DNA of 64,000 nt from Macrostomum hystrix (GCA_950097015.1 CATNEN010000038.1:7564001-7628000); one strand, 5' to 3'. Positions 34,001 to 46,914 are shown, counted from the stretch's first letter. Notes: generated by a model not told the origin, from the sequence alone. Numbers and translations: made by a program.

Positions 34001-37000
34001 GGCTTTGCGAGGCTAAAATCTGTCTAAGAGACCAGACAGGAGCTCAGGGGATGAATATAGGACAGGAGCGCTGCTTGCTGCTGCTCTGACTGTGAAATAT
34101 TTTCATGAACTTTTAGAAATTTTGTCGAACTTTTTTATCTACCTACCTACATCTATGTTTCTGTTATTAAAAAGCTTTTAGCCCAGTTGTTCTGGGCTGA
34201 GGTCATAAGTTCAAATCCACACACGTAGGACATTGGACATATTAACTGGGCTAGAAATTCGGGTTGGCCTCCGCAGTCCACGGACTGAACAGCTGTACAC
34301 AGTATTTAGAAGGGCCGTGCAATAGTACTTCTGGCCCAACTGGGCTAGGTCTCATTTATATTCTATCTGGGTTTGCTGAGGCAACAAGTTTTTCTATACT
34401 GCGTATCACATTTCTGTTCGTCTATGACTTCATTATCAACAGAAATATCGATCCTCCCATTTGTACTTTTACCCCCCTCTACCCCTTACCGCTTTTCCCC
34501 TCACGCAACCTTGATCGCTGCAGAGTCACTTCCTGAATTCGGTGTCGCGATCCTGTCACGATCCTGTGACACTGACAGGTTCATAAATTTCAATACTTTC
34601 AATATAAATTTGCATGCATCTATAATGCTACCCAGGGTGTTTACCATTGCCTTTTGTCCTGCTGCTGCCCAAGCGAGGCCTAAATCATTGTAGGGCTGAC
34701 CGGAATTGCGACTCCAACCAGTCAGTGGGAAGTGCGCGCTGCCCCTGTCTGACTATGGACACTTGCAAACTGGCTCAGTGTGCTCCAATTTATTTTCAAT
34801 CCCTAGAGTCAATGCCGACTGAACACTGTCCAGTTTATTTCATTTGTTTCATGCCAAACTGTCCAAAATATAGGAAGTTGATTTCCTATCTGAAGTTCAG
34901 CACTGCCCAGACAGCGCAATGGACTAGATTTTTTTTGTAATTGCGTGATTTGCTCGAAAAAATGGAATGAATGGACTGCCAATTCTCGTCTTGTCCATTA
35001 TGCGCCAGGAAGGAGATTTCACGATTCTCGATCGTAAACGAGAACCCTGTCCTTTTCGGGTGCATGGCTACCAGGCGCAGCAGCAGCAGCAGCAGCAGAA
35101 AACTCCGTCTGGGTTATTGTCGCGGATCATTTGCCCATTATGAAATAGAATAGAATAATGCAACGCTGTTAACAGGACTGTTAAATAGGAACGTAGTGTG
35201 CAGTGATTAAAAATGCTTTTTAGTTTAAAAAATCTAATGCAGTGGGCAGGCACTTCAACGACTAAGGAAGGCAGATAAAAAATGCGAAAACTCTCTGAGC
35301 CAATCAGAATTGTCCGAAATTGCTTGAGGGATCGGACGGTTGCCTATTCAAATGAAATACTCATGCAGTGGCAGGTCAGCTTCTTGCTCTCAACGCTGAC
35401 GGAATCGAGAAGACCTTGATTGAACAACACTTCACAAAACGGGACCTCGAAGCAATCACAATGGGATCCAACCTGAGTAGCCCAATTGGCTTTCGCCAGT
35501 CTAACAGTGGATCAGATGCCTTCTGGCATGAGATGACTCGCCTAGGCACCAACGGAAAGTATGTAGCTTCACCCAGCAGTATTTTGGCTTTGCCTCCTGG
35601 CGTGGCTGTCAATGATCTTGGAAAGTCAACTCCCCAGTCCGAGGAGGACAATAACGCTCAGCTTCGCCTATCAACTGGCATTGAATTTGAGCACAGTCTC
35701 AGGGACTATAATGGCAGCAGTTATTATTACTCCGCCACAGCGCTACAGATGCGTGCGCAAAGGCACAACGCCAGCGTTGTCATGGCTGCGGCATCTCATG
35801 AGCCGCCTAAGTTGCCACCGCGCCGACCGCCGACTCTCAGCCTGGCCCAACATACAAGCAGTCGTTATCAGCTTCTTCAGCCTCCGCAGCAGCGGCAGCC
35901 GCAACATCAGTATGTGTACAGCATGGGTTTCACTCCAAGCTTGACTAAGCATTCCAATCCCTTGTTGCTATGGAAACAGCAGCAGCAGCTTCACCTGCAG
36001 AAGCCGACCATGATATCACCGCCGCCTCCGCCACCGCCTCCTCCTCTTGCTGCTCAGCATCAGGTCTATCAGCAGCACTATCTTCATCAGCATCACCAGT
36101 CGGCGCCAGTGACTCCGTTTGACGTCGATGCGTTTCGTCATAGCAAGCTGCGACTGCTGCATCAGCAGCAAAGTCAGCCGCAGCAGCAGCTGGTATTCAC
36201 TCAGTCAATTAAGCCACTTCAGCGCCACCCAGTGAAGCCAATTGTCGCTTCCAATGTGTTACCCAACCGTCTCAATCCTCAGTTGCAACAGTCGGAGCAC
36301 CTAGATCTCTGTCTGCACCTGCCAGCGCTGGATTGGTCGCTTGAGCATAGCTTAGACGATATGATTATAGATAGTCCTCGGCTTGGCAAGGCGCTGTACA
36401 GGGACAGGTGAGCCAGTCACCTGAGTGACAGCATGAGACTATCACTAATTTGAACTTGAGCATCTTTAACTTAAGAGGCATCTGTATGATTTCTATTACG
36501 TCTTTATTTCTTTTGTACTTAGGAGTGTAGATGACACAATAATCTGTGTCGCCGGTGGCGCATTGTAGTGATGGGTGATTGTTGCGCGAAAAGGCTCAGC
36601 TGACCCCATCGACCATACTTCGTTTTTTACCCCAAAAGCTTGACCCCAAATTAATTGTTTGTCATATTCAACTAAGCGGGCCTTTGAGTCTAGTCTTTGA
36701 TTTCAAGTCCGCTGCGACCTTAAGCTTGGACAAGGCCTTTGATCGCGTGGGTTGGCTCGTTTCTTTTGTTTCTTAGGCAAGAAGGAAAAATTAATTTCCG
36801 GCAGATTTTCCACGTGCCTAACCTACTACCCTGAAGCCTACGAATGCAAGCGGAGCGGGCCGCACATCGCGCTGCACATCTTCTGCCCTTGCCATGACGC
36901 TTTTGCTTCTTAATCTCTTTCTGGGCAATATACGAGTCTGTAAAGACGGGCAGAGGCTCCACGCGCCAACTAATATCATATGCTGGCCAGTCCTGACACC

Positions 37001-40000
37001 TCACTAATCAGCGTTATGTGTAGCGCCAGCTCGGTCTGTTAGAATTGAGGGATGTATCTGCCTTCTCTCTTGCTTTCCCCGCTCCTCCTAGCTCTTGCCT
37101 GCCCATTGGGCTGACATCAGATATCCCATCCGTGCACCCAAGCCCCCTCAGATCCTTGGCTCGCTAATTTTCGCCGCCCTGCCTCATCGTTGAACTGAGA
37201 GACATGCCGCGGAAGAGGAGTGCGGCTGCAGATTGGCTTCATCATCGCTGAGAATCTTTCTTTCGCCTCCTACAGCCCCCCGTCACCCAGCCCGGCTCCC
37301 TCAAGTCCTCATCCGCAGTCGGTTAGCGGGTAGAGAAAGTATATATTGAGCTCAATAAGGCAGGGTTCCTCTGACCTGATGTACCCGCCTGCTGCCATCG
37401 TATGTAATTATCCATCCTCTTTTCCCATTTCCTTGGGTCCTCCTTATGCAAAGATTCAACCGAATCGATGAGGAGGCAGGGCGTCTTATTTTACTTTTCT
37501 TCGTCGTTTGCTAGCTGGGAGCGGCTGGCAGCTGGGCAACTCTATGATGACACATTTAAGTGGATTATTCTGTTAGTCCTTTACTCGAAAATGCAGAGGG
37601 GCCTGTGCTTAGCTGCGCAAGAGAAACTTTGTAGCCACTCGGCCACTGCTAGGCCAAGTACAGTGAAAGGTGTGTATCTCGATTCGATTCATCTGGCAAA
37701 AGCTTGTGAATAGTTTTTTATGTCATTGCAATCCTTTACTCTGATCTTGACTGCGGCAAATGGAAGCTGCTGCCGTTGCAGTAGTTGCATGTCAAGAGCG
37801 AATTAAGAAGTCAAAGCTGATGCATCGATGAGAAGTCAAAGCTGATGCATCGATGAGAAGTCAAAGCTGATGCATCGATGAGAAGTCAAAGCTGATGCAT
37901 CGATGAGAAATCAAAGCTGCTAGATTGATCAGAAGTCAAAGCTGCTGGATTGATCAAAAGTCAGCTGCTGGATTGATATGAAGTCAAAGCTGCTGGATTG
38001 ATGAGAAATCGAAGCTGCTGGATCGACGAAAAGTCAAGGCTGCTGGATTGATGATAGAGCTTGTGTACCAAAACGAGAAACTGAAGAGCAGTCCATCATG
38101 CAGATGGGCACGGTCTGTGTCAAAGTCTGTCGTCGTGAACTTCAAATAACCAATAAAAGAAATGTGCAGTATAGCAGACTTAGCGCTGTAGATACCCATC
38201 AGTGACATTTTTAGATTGCATAGACAGTGTTTAGAGGTTATTCAGATGGTTTTCATTTTTCTTTTTCACTTTTTCATTTTTATTGCTATGTCATATCACA
38301 ATATATTTTCTGGTCACGCATTACGGGCAGGTGTCAATCAGGATGAGGCGGTGTGGTGGGAAGGCGAAAGAAGACACCTGGCAGCAGCGTCCGTGTGTAC
38401 TTGCACTGGTATTTGGATAAGATATTCAATACACAAGTGCTTCATTGGCCGCATATTTGTATTAAGTAGGCTAGCAGTCCATCAGCGAATTGTTATATAA
38501 TAATATTATAAACGGAATGGAATGTTCATAACAACTATCCTGCAATTTTTTACGTGTATCAGTCATCATTCATCAATTAAAGCGTGGGGTAGGGCACTGT
38601 TAGATAAAATGAATGAAGGAATAATGGTAGGTAGATGGGCAAGGTTCAATGGTAGGTAGACAAGCAAGGGAAAATAGTCCGTAGGCGATGGCAATGGGCT
38701 ATGGTAGATAGGAAGCACTCTAAGGCAAAAAAATAAAATAATGATTTTTTTGTTATCTAGAATACTATTTCCTTATACTATTTCATGCACTTTTTAAGTC
38801 TAACTTAAGATTCAAATAAGATTCAAAAGAACATAACATTGATTACTGATAAAGGCAATGAAGGGCATGTAGATAATCTGGGTTGTTGATCTAGAAGAAA
38901 CCGTAGACCTCTCGTGCGCCAGTCAGTGCGCACCCTGCCTATGTGTAGAGACTTTTGCCAAAGCAGCATCTCGCAAGCCTGCAGCTGATCTGGGAGCCCC
39001 GAAGGCGATGGCGCAAATCTCTTATCTGCTTCATCGCCTTCATCTTTTCTCCGTTTATAAACTTCATGCCTGACCCCAGGTGCCCTTTCTTCCACCTCTG
39101 GCCACGGTGTCCCTGACTTTTTATTCAGACCTGCCTGCCTTCAGTACTCTGTTCATGCGACCCACAAATGTGTGCGAGTTTTTTTGGATCAACATTCATT
39201 TTTTAGACCTTCGTTTTCTTTATAGGAATAACAGTTCCTGAAATGTAGAGTTCACAGAAATGATCTAACTCAGTTTTTCTATCCTGCATACAAAATTTCC
39301 AATCCTCAATACATAAATTTCTAAAGTCTTTACCATTTCCCTAAATTCTAATCTGAAAGCAATTTTGGATTATCAGAAAGCCCTTTTCCATTCGTGCTAG
39401 AAATCCTTACATGCCGATCCCTAGAAAATTAAACACTATCAAAGAATTTTCACGTTGCAAACTCTTCGCTATACGGCCCATTGACAATCGGTGTTTTCAA
39501 CAATCCCCATGGCAGAATGGGAGTGAAAAACACAAAGTAAAAATTTATTCGCAAATCCTCCTGTGGGAAAGCTCAATCCCCTCAGGCCGCCCAGAAACTG
39601 TCCGGCCATTGGGAATTCAAATCTTCCGCTCCCTCCCCACCTCCGCCTGCTCACACTTCACCGGCTAATTCAGTTTGGCATCATCCTTCCCCCAGCCTGA
39701 ACTTCGCCTCCCCCGATGGCGAGGACAGACCCGTTGCCCGCTGTGTTTGCCAGCCCGGCTGCTGTTGAATCTGGCAAATCAATGATTCCTGCCGCGCTCC
39801 GCAATTCTACATGAGGGGATATTGAGGAGATCTTGGCTGTGCGGCGGCTCCTCTCAATTTGTTTGCGGATTCGCGAGCAGTTTAGAATTGACCGGACCAA
39901 ATCTCTTTCCCGCCTTCTCTTTTCTCTTTCTGCTTCATTTTTTTCTTTGCGATCCCATGGGGCGCTTGAGCACTGCCGGGGCTTCAGTTGGCCTAGCCCG

Positions 40001-43000
40001 GGATCCATCTGCTGCTTTTGCATCGTTACCCAGTCCCTCTAGCCAGCCTCTTCAGCCAATTTGCTGTTGGCTCTTGTGTGTCGGCGGGTGGCTGCGCTGT
40101 TTTGAGTTCAACTGTTGTAGAGAGAGCAAGTAAAATGAGCAGTTGGCTGAAAGCAGCTGTGCAGCGGTTCAGACACGCGCAATGCGACACCGCCTTCATG
40201 CTCTTGTTTATCTTCGGCTAACATTTATTTATATAAATATATAGGGATTCTTTGTAAAGAAACCCTAATGAAGAAGCTGTAGGTTTCTACAAAATAAGGA
40301 TGGGGTGTATTGGATTGAACTGTGAGGACAAGCAACTCGGCTTAATTAGGTTTCGTTGAGGTGAATTAGTTGCATAAATATCCTTAACGCGAAGTTTTGG
40401 CACGCGCACACGAGAGAAAAGAAGAAAATGATGGGTAGAGATAAACAAGGTGGCACTCCTTTGATCTCCCTTTGAGCGCCTTCTTACGCCGTCTTTATGT
40501 TATGTGCTGCGGCCATCGCTAGCAACTAACCGACTTAGCGTTTCATAGTCACATGATGCTGCATGATATTCCAGGTTTCCCTGCTCTGCTTCAAAGAAGA
40601 AAACAAAGGAGTGGGGGCTCTACCTGATTTTAATTATTTTGGTCTTAAGAGTTTTTGTAGAGTTACATAGTACCTTAAGCCTTCGTTTTTCTGCGAACGA
40701 TGGTCATACAGCAGCCAAAACGGACGGCCCTACTGCATGATCACTAAATGATGGTCACAGACTGATCACAGTACGGTCACAGACTGATAAATGTTCGGTC
40801 GCATTAGATGGTCACAGACTGATAACTGTACGGTCGCATTAGATGGTCACAGACTGATAACTGTACGGTTGCATTAGATGGTCACAGACTGATAACTGTA
40901 CGGTCGCATTAGATAGTCACAGACTGATAACTGTACGGTCGCATTAGATGGTCACAGACTGATAACTGTACGGTTGCATTAGATGGTCACAGACTGATAA
41001 CTGTACGGTCGCATTAGATGGTCACAGACTGATAACTGCACAGTCACATTGGATCGTCACAGACTGATAACTGAACGGTCGCATTAGATGGTCACAGACT
41101 GATAACTGTACGGTCGCATTAGATGGTCACAGACTGATAACTGTACGGTTGCATTAGATGGTCACAGACTGATAACTGCAGTCACATTGGATCGTCACAG
41201 ACTGATAACTGTACGGTCAGACTGATAACTGCACAGTCACATTGGATCGTCACAGACTGATAACTGAACGGTCGCATTAGATGGTCACAGACTGATAACT
41301 GTACGGTCGCATTAGATGGTCACAGACTGATAACTGTACGGTTGCATTAGATGGTCACAGACTGATAACTGCAGTCACATTGGATCGTCACAGACTGATA
41401 ACTGTACGGTCAGACTGATAACTGCACAGTCACATTGGATCGTCACAGACTGATAACTGAACGGTCGCATTGGATGGTCACAGACTGGTCACATTACGGT
41501 CATACTGGATGATCACACACTGATAACCAAATGACGATCGCATTGGATGGCCACAAGCGTTTTGCTGAGGGTCACACCACTTGGTTTATCTTACATTTTA
41601 ATGGGAGTGCCAATAAATTACATAAAAGCCAATAAAAAAATTTCTAAAGCTTTCTAACCATTATTTTTAATTCTCGCATATAGAATCTAATTATTGTCCT
41701 CTCTCACTCTCCTGGGAATCACTTTGAAATGCCAATACAGGCTTTAAATATCTGCACTTTTGTGCAGCCTAATCTCGAATTTTTTATTAACCCTGAGAAA
41801 GTTTGTAATTAGTTCGATATTCGAGCTTCTGCCTGAAAGGCCGGGAGTTCGATTCTCAGCACGACTTTTATCCCTGAGCAAGACACTTAATTATTAAACA
41901 ATTGGGTACCAGCATTGACTAAGCTAGGAATTTTGGTGTGTGTTGCGGCCTCTCCAGTCCACGGACTGAACAGTTTTACGCAGCCTTTAGAAGCACAAAT
42001 GGGTTATGTCTCATTTCTATTCTATTCAGAAACAGAAAAAATGTGCGGTATTTTTTATAACTCAATGCGTGCCGAAGTGCCGAAATTTTATAATCAAAGG
42101 TTAACTTTAAGCATGAGCTGCGATTCGAGGTCATTTTCGCATTTTACAATTGCTCTTCTTAATCTCTTCGCGTTGAAATCCCATTAATTTATTCCCTGTT
42201 AGCAGGCGCTCCCCACACTTTTCACCCACCCCTACTAATTCCTCTCCTTATTATCCAACTAGCTTTCCCTTTCTTAATAATCTTCTGCTGTTCTCAATTT
42301 TCATATCATCCCCCGCCCCAGCATGCGGGCTGGCCGTGCGAGCTGCATTTGATTGATGAACTAGCCGGGTGTACTTTTTTTAGTCTCTGGCCCCTGCCGG
42401 CTTAACTCTGCCGCGCACGCAAGGCGACTCAGTGAAGCATTCGATCATGCTCAAGTATAGAGGCCAGCTGTGCTCATAGTCCTGAGCTGCAAAATAGGCA
42501 CAGGCAGTCGGCAGTTGTTTCCTGTCATAGTATAGCTGCATCCCAACGACATGTTTTTAATGAGTGGTCTATGTTATTGTCCTACTTAAGTAGAAGTTTA
42601 TGTTTGAGATTGCTAATAAGTTAAGATCTCATGCTTAGATACCCGAATTAAGCATAAGTATGAAAGCTAAATATCATTAAACAATTTCAATCTGAAAATT
42701 AATAAATAATCACTGAAAATTAAGAAAAAATATCCCAATCGATGAGGAATCTTAAAGGGGGTCAGTTGCATAGCAGTTAGCGCGTCTGCCTCTCGCACCA
42801 AGGTCCCTGAGCTCGATTCCGCGCGGCGAGGCCACATTGAATAGGGGCACAGCCGCGGAGAGAAGGCTTGTTGTGCAAAATTTACGCCCTTTAGGTCCCA
42901 CCTCCAAGGCACAGTGCAGTGTACACTGCCTGACGATGAGAAAGTCAGCGCAGATGTACACACCTGTGTGAGCGTGTGCCTGCGTACACTATCTGTGTGG

Positions 43001-45177
43001 ATGTGTTCTCAGGAGTCAGCAAAATGACCAGAATGACCTCCTCGTTGGCTGCGGGTCTAGTGTCACTAAATAATGTGCCATGGCCTGCAGCCCTCGGGGG
43101 TAAGAGATTGAGATTAATTAGGGATCTCAAGGTTAAGATAGATAAATCTTGCCCTAGCTCAGGTAGGTAGATACATATTCGCTTTATACAGTTTATTCCG
43201 TGGACTATGGTGATGCTGATGCCCATTTTACAGCTGGTTGGACTGGAACAGGGTTTAAGTGTTACGCTCAAGCGCACAAATTTATTCCCTTAAGCTCAGA
43301 GATTCGAACTCCTGACCTCCTGGTTAGATGCCCGAAACCTTAACGCTGAGATACAGGCCATGTAAAATAAGTTGGGATATGAACTCTAAAGCTACTATTC
43401 GCTCTATAAAAACGCCATCCCAACTCTGCTACAAACGCGCAGGCGTGAGCAGTTGCGCGAACAGAAGCTGCTCAACAAGGCCCACCAGAAGCAGGACACG
43501 GAGCAGAACCTGCGGCACGAGTTGGACAAGCAGCAGCTGGAGCAGCGCTTCCGCCAGGAGCTGCAGCAACTGGGCCGCGACTTCGACCTCGCCAAGGCGC
43601 GAATTCGACGCGAAGCGGAGGAGACGGAGCGGCAGCTCAATCAGCAGTTTGAGAAGTCGCTCAGGCAGGAGACTCAGCGGGCCAAGGAGCAGCAGGATCG
43701 GGGACTGCGGGAACTGCGCGACACTCTGCGGCTGGAGCGGAAGCGCCTGACCAGGGAGGAGCTGAAGAACTCGCAGCGGGAGCTCAAGGAGAAGGACCGG
43801 GAAGCCGAGCGCAGCCTCCTCCAGAGGCTGCAGGTGAGGCAATTCTTTGTTTATGAAAAATATCCTATGCACACTTATCTGACTTGAGGTGACTTGAGGA
43901 GGTCGAGAGTTCGAATCTCAGCTAAAAAGAAGTTATTTGTCCTTCCTAACCGATAGCTTCAGCTGTGCCACTGGCTGTACCTCTGTCCCACGTAATCTAT
44001 TTATATTAATTATTCCTCAGGCCCAATTCGAGGAGCATGAGGCAGCCGCCAGGCTTCAGCACCGCAAGCTGCTGGACGATCGTCAGCGGGCCCTGCTGCG
44101 CGAGCTGCACGCGCTGGAGCGCAAGTACCGCCAGGAGCGGGAGGAGTGCGAGGAGCGGCACCTGTACGAGCGCTACGAGATGCGCCTGTTTCAGCACACT
44201 CAGCACTGGGTGCTCAAGAAGCAGCAGGCCATGGAGCGCCACGAGCGTGACCTGGACCGCCTGAGGAAGCAGGCCGATGTCAAGCGGGAGGTCTTGACGC
44301 AGTCGCAGGCCTTGGAGCGGCGCCGGCGTCCGAAACTGCTCAAGAAAGAACAGGCGACCAGAGCCAGAATGTTTCGCGAGAGCCTGCTGGTGAGTCGTCC
44401 CTTCGGGCTGTCCAGAGTTCGACTTTCAGTCTAGGGGAAATTTATGCAAGGCACTTGATAATTGATAGTTTCTAGTCACCCAGCTGTGAAAACTTAGCCG
44501 AAAAATTGCACGACAAGCAGCACTCAAGCCTTCTCTACGAGGCTGGCCTAAAGTAACGTGGCCTTGCCGCGGAATCGAACTCAGGGATCTTGGTGCGGGT
44601 GCACACGCGTTAAAGCTCGTTTAGCTCAGCTGTCTAGCATATCGCTCTCTTGCGTTGAAGGTCCGGCCCCGGGTTCGAATTTCGGTTTTTTCAACATTAG
44701 AATCGGTTAATTTATGTCTTGTTTGTCATTGTGCCCGCCGCGCAGGTGACCAACCCGGGCATGCCCGACGACGAAACTCGCCGACGCCTGCGCGAATTCG
44801 ACGAATCGGAGAAGGAGCGCTGCCAGGCCGAGCTGGCCCGCCTGGAGGGCAAACTGGCCCGCGCCAAGGACGAATTTGAGCGGCGGGTGGCCCGCGTGGA
44901 CACGGAGGTGCGTCACGAGCAGCAGGAGATGCGCAAGCTCATCGCCGAGCGAGAGTCCGACCAGCGCCGGGACCTGGAGGCCGGCAAGCGGGCCCAGCTC
45001 AAGGAGTTCCAGGAGCTGCGCAGGCGCGAGAAGGAGGCTCTGGAGCTGCGCATGGCCGAGGAGGCCAGGGAGCTCGAGGCCCGGCTGGCTGTCGATGCCC
45101 GCGGCGACGCGTCCGGGCTGCGGATCAACGGCGAGGGCGAGGCCGGCGCCGGGGCGGCGGCTGTCACCCAGGCTTAG
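25041..45177 (+). CDS. SLK: STE20-like serine/threonine kinase of the SLK/STK10 (GCK-V, Slik) family, ~1460 aa, 10 coding exons
   Basis: Exons: 25041-25415, 27619-28051, 28720-29405, ~29591-30343 (boundaries less certain), 31305-31625, 31874-32374, 32775-32908, 43443-43833, 44021-44389, 44746-45177; phases are consistent. Kinase motifs [55 protein letters not shown]. The C-terminus has KKRVFT..G..V.TTT followed by RREQLRE and a PKK-type coiled coil with RARMFRESL. Confidence 0.9.
25450..26720. repeat. 37-bp minisatellite (TGTGACACCTGTCTACCTGTTATTCATGAGGCTAGGY)n
   Basis: About 34 units starting just after the first coding-exon donor of the kinase. Confidence 0.95.
27331..27560. repeat. 17-bp minisatellite (ATCGATTTATCGATCMT)n
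   Basis: About 13 units, each with two ATCGAT palindromes, ending ~60 bp before the 27619 acceptor. Confidence 0.9.
28125..28470. repeat. 21-bp minisatellite (GGGGTTGTAGCCCTAGTGGAA)n running into a SINE family 2 head
   Basis: About 16 units, followed directly by TTAGAGCCTCGG...GGTTCGATTCCC and the family 2 body (to ~28610). Confidence 0.9.
32933..33560. repeat. 42-bp minisatellite (GAACACAATGATGCGGTCCAGTTTTCCAGTATCTGTGTGTGG)n
   Basis: About 15 units starting 25 bp after the 32908 donor. Confidence 0.95.
34180..34355 (+). mobile_element. SINE family 2, degenerate copy
   Basis: Contains cagtccacggactgaacagctgtac...gcaatag...tctggcccaactggg, shared with 58956-59258. Confidence 0.6.
35461..36407 (+). 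CDS. Putative alternative first coding exon of the SLK gene (Q/P/H-rich, N-terminus MGSNLS)
   Basis: A 947-nt open frame inside the 32909-43442 intron ends at AG|GTGAGC in phase 2, the same phase and codon split as the 32908 donor, so it joins exon 43443 in frame. A CCAAT box lies near 35300. Confidence 0.6.
37805..38055. repeat. 25-bp minisatellite (AGAAGTCAAAGCTGATGCATCGATG)n, degenerating towards the 3' end
   Basis: About 10 units. Confidence 0.85.
40745..41555. repeat. 35-bp minisatellite (GATGGTCACAGACTGATAACTGTACGGTCGCATTA)n
   Basis: About 23 units with recurring variant blocks. Confidence 0.95.
41830..41995 (+). mobile_element. SINE family 2, degenerate copy
   Basis: GTTCGATTC, gagcaagacacttaa, gggtaccagcatt, cagtccacggactgaacag. 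Confidence 0.65.
42757..43097 (+). mobile_element. SINE family 1, near full-length copy
   Basis: Head ccaaggtccctgagctcgattccgcg, body with the ctgcctgacgatgagaaagtcag hairpin, and 3' ggctgcgggtctagtgtcac...gcagccct. Confidence 0.85.
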
Positions 45178-45399
45178 CTGTGCGAAGATGGGCACCCTAG
45201 TAACCGCCTAGCAACGCTGGATGTGTTCATCAGTCCTTCGGCACAGCTAAGAAATTCCACAACCAGACCACTGCTAATAGATTCGCGCACTTCATTTCAC
45301 CTGTTGCTTGCTTATTCCAGTTGAACTATTTGTTATAAATCACGGATCTTCAAGCGCCTCTTCAAGCGAAAGGTTAGTTTTGCGCTTGGCTCTTGTTTC

Positions 45400-45790
45400 C
45401 CCTACCAAATCCCACGCCTCAAGATCCTAATTATCAACGTAAGAAACTTCCCAAATCGCACGCAATTTTTCGATCGATCCTTAAATTTATCCCCAAAAGC
45501 TCTCAGATCCCAAAATTGATTCTCGCGCACTTTCGAGATCCCAAATTTTATCACGCACTTTACAGATCCCAAAATTGATTCCAGCCCATATTCCAGATCC
45601 CAAAAAATGATTCCCGCCCACTTTCTAGATCCCGACATTGATCTAGCACACTTTCAGATCCTAAAATCAATCTCACACTCCGTAGGTCTCCGATTTGATC
45701 CCAAAAACTCTCAGATCCTAAGTAAATCCTACACTTTCCAAGATCTCTAACTTGATCCTATAATCGATCACACATACTTCCCAGATCCTC
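45400..45790. repeat. Degenerate ~30-bp repeat (AGATCCCAAAATTGATT core)
   Basis: Recurrent agatccc/agatcct units downstream of the kinase stop codon. Confidence 0.6.
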
Positions 45791-46914
45791 AAGTTTCCCT
45801 AAGCGAATTCCCTAAGTGTGTTAATTCTCCCATATGCCCCTCACTATTCTTTGGCGCGCTGTTCATCTCGGTTGATGATTTTCCACTGCGTTGGTCACAT
45901 TTCAGATTAATCTCGACTTAACATTATTCCCAACGCATGTACCTCGGATTCAGTGGGAGATCAGCTGTTTGCCGCCTCACTAATCTCTGCCACCTGTCAG
46001 TAAAGGTGACGCTGGACTGTACGAATATATCTGTGTTCAAATGCTAAGGTAGCCCCTATAGCCCATTTTTCCCATCGAATACTAGACAGACTTCGGCTAG
46101 TTTCAATGTCAGCTGAACCTTTACTTTTACTACTATTTATAATAATTAATAATATTTTTTACTGTCGCTATTCGAGTTGTATATTTTTTTAATTGCTTTA
46201 AACAGGTTTTTCCTGATTTCCGTCGCGAAATGAGAAAAGATCGCTGTTGCCCCCCCCCCGACCCAAAGGTTATTTTATAGTTTGTCTCATTGTATCGGCT
46301 TTTGAAATTGTTTTCATTCCTAATTTCTAACCAACACTAATTCAAGTACAAGCGTAGACCCGACCTTGCAGCTCATTTTGGCTCAGTATTTACTCACTCT
46401 TGTAGCTGGTTCTCATAGCTGACATTCATTGAAGCATTGCCTGTTTCACAGAGCACTTGAATAACAGATTTTTTAAATAATTAAATGGGGTAAACTGTGC
46501 TAGTTGTGAGTGATCACAATCATCATTATATTTCTTTGATTAGGTGATCCAATTATATTTGATTTCATAACTCTATATTTGTTTAACGGTTGTACATTAA
46601 GCCAGATTTTGTCAATAATGCCTAATTTCATCGCTAAATGCACCTTTTTGTCAAGTTTTCATTTGTAGAGTTTTGTTATCTAATAACTTATTTTAGTGTA
46701 ATTCTCAGTTGATCAGGAAAGGCTAGTTGTGCTCTCTTGAAGAGGAAATAAATAAAATCAACACCTGGCGACAGTTTTAGAAATATTTACAATCACTCGC
46801 AGCTGGATGTTATCTGTCTCACCTCACCCTTGTGGTCAGGTGAGAGGCTTATTAAAACTGACTGGGAAATACGACTTGCCTTGCTTATCTGAGCTCAATC
46901 TAAACCCATAGGTC

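Noticed and set aside
36700-36760. [10 protein letters not shown] resembling a reverse-transcriptase motif
   Set aside because: An isolated 10-aa match with no other RT motifs around it.
42929-42960. CTGACGA-TGA-GAAA in SINE family 1 as a hammerhead ribozyme core
   Set aside because: There is no stem II or III, and CTGAC pairs with the downstream GTCAG in a simple hairpin.
44615-44690. tRNA-like sequence (TAGCTCAG...GGTTCGAAT), also at 43290-43360 and ~43895
   Set aside because: No complete cloverleaf can be formed; these are best explained as SINE heads.
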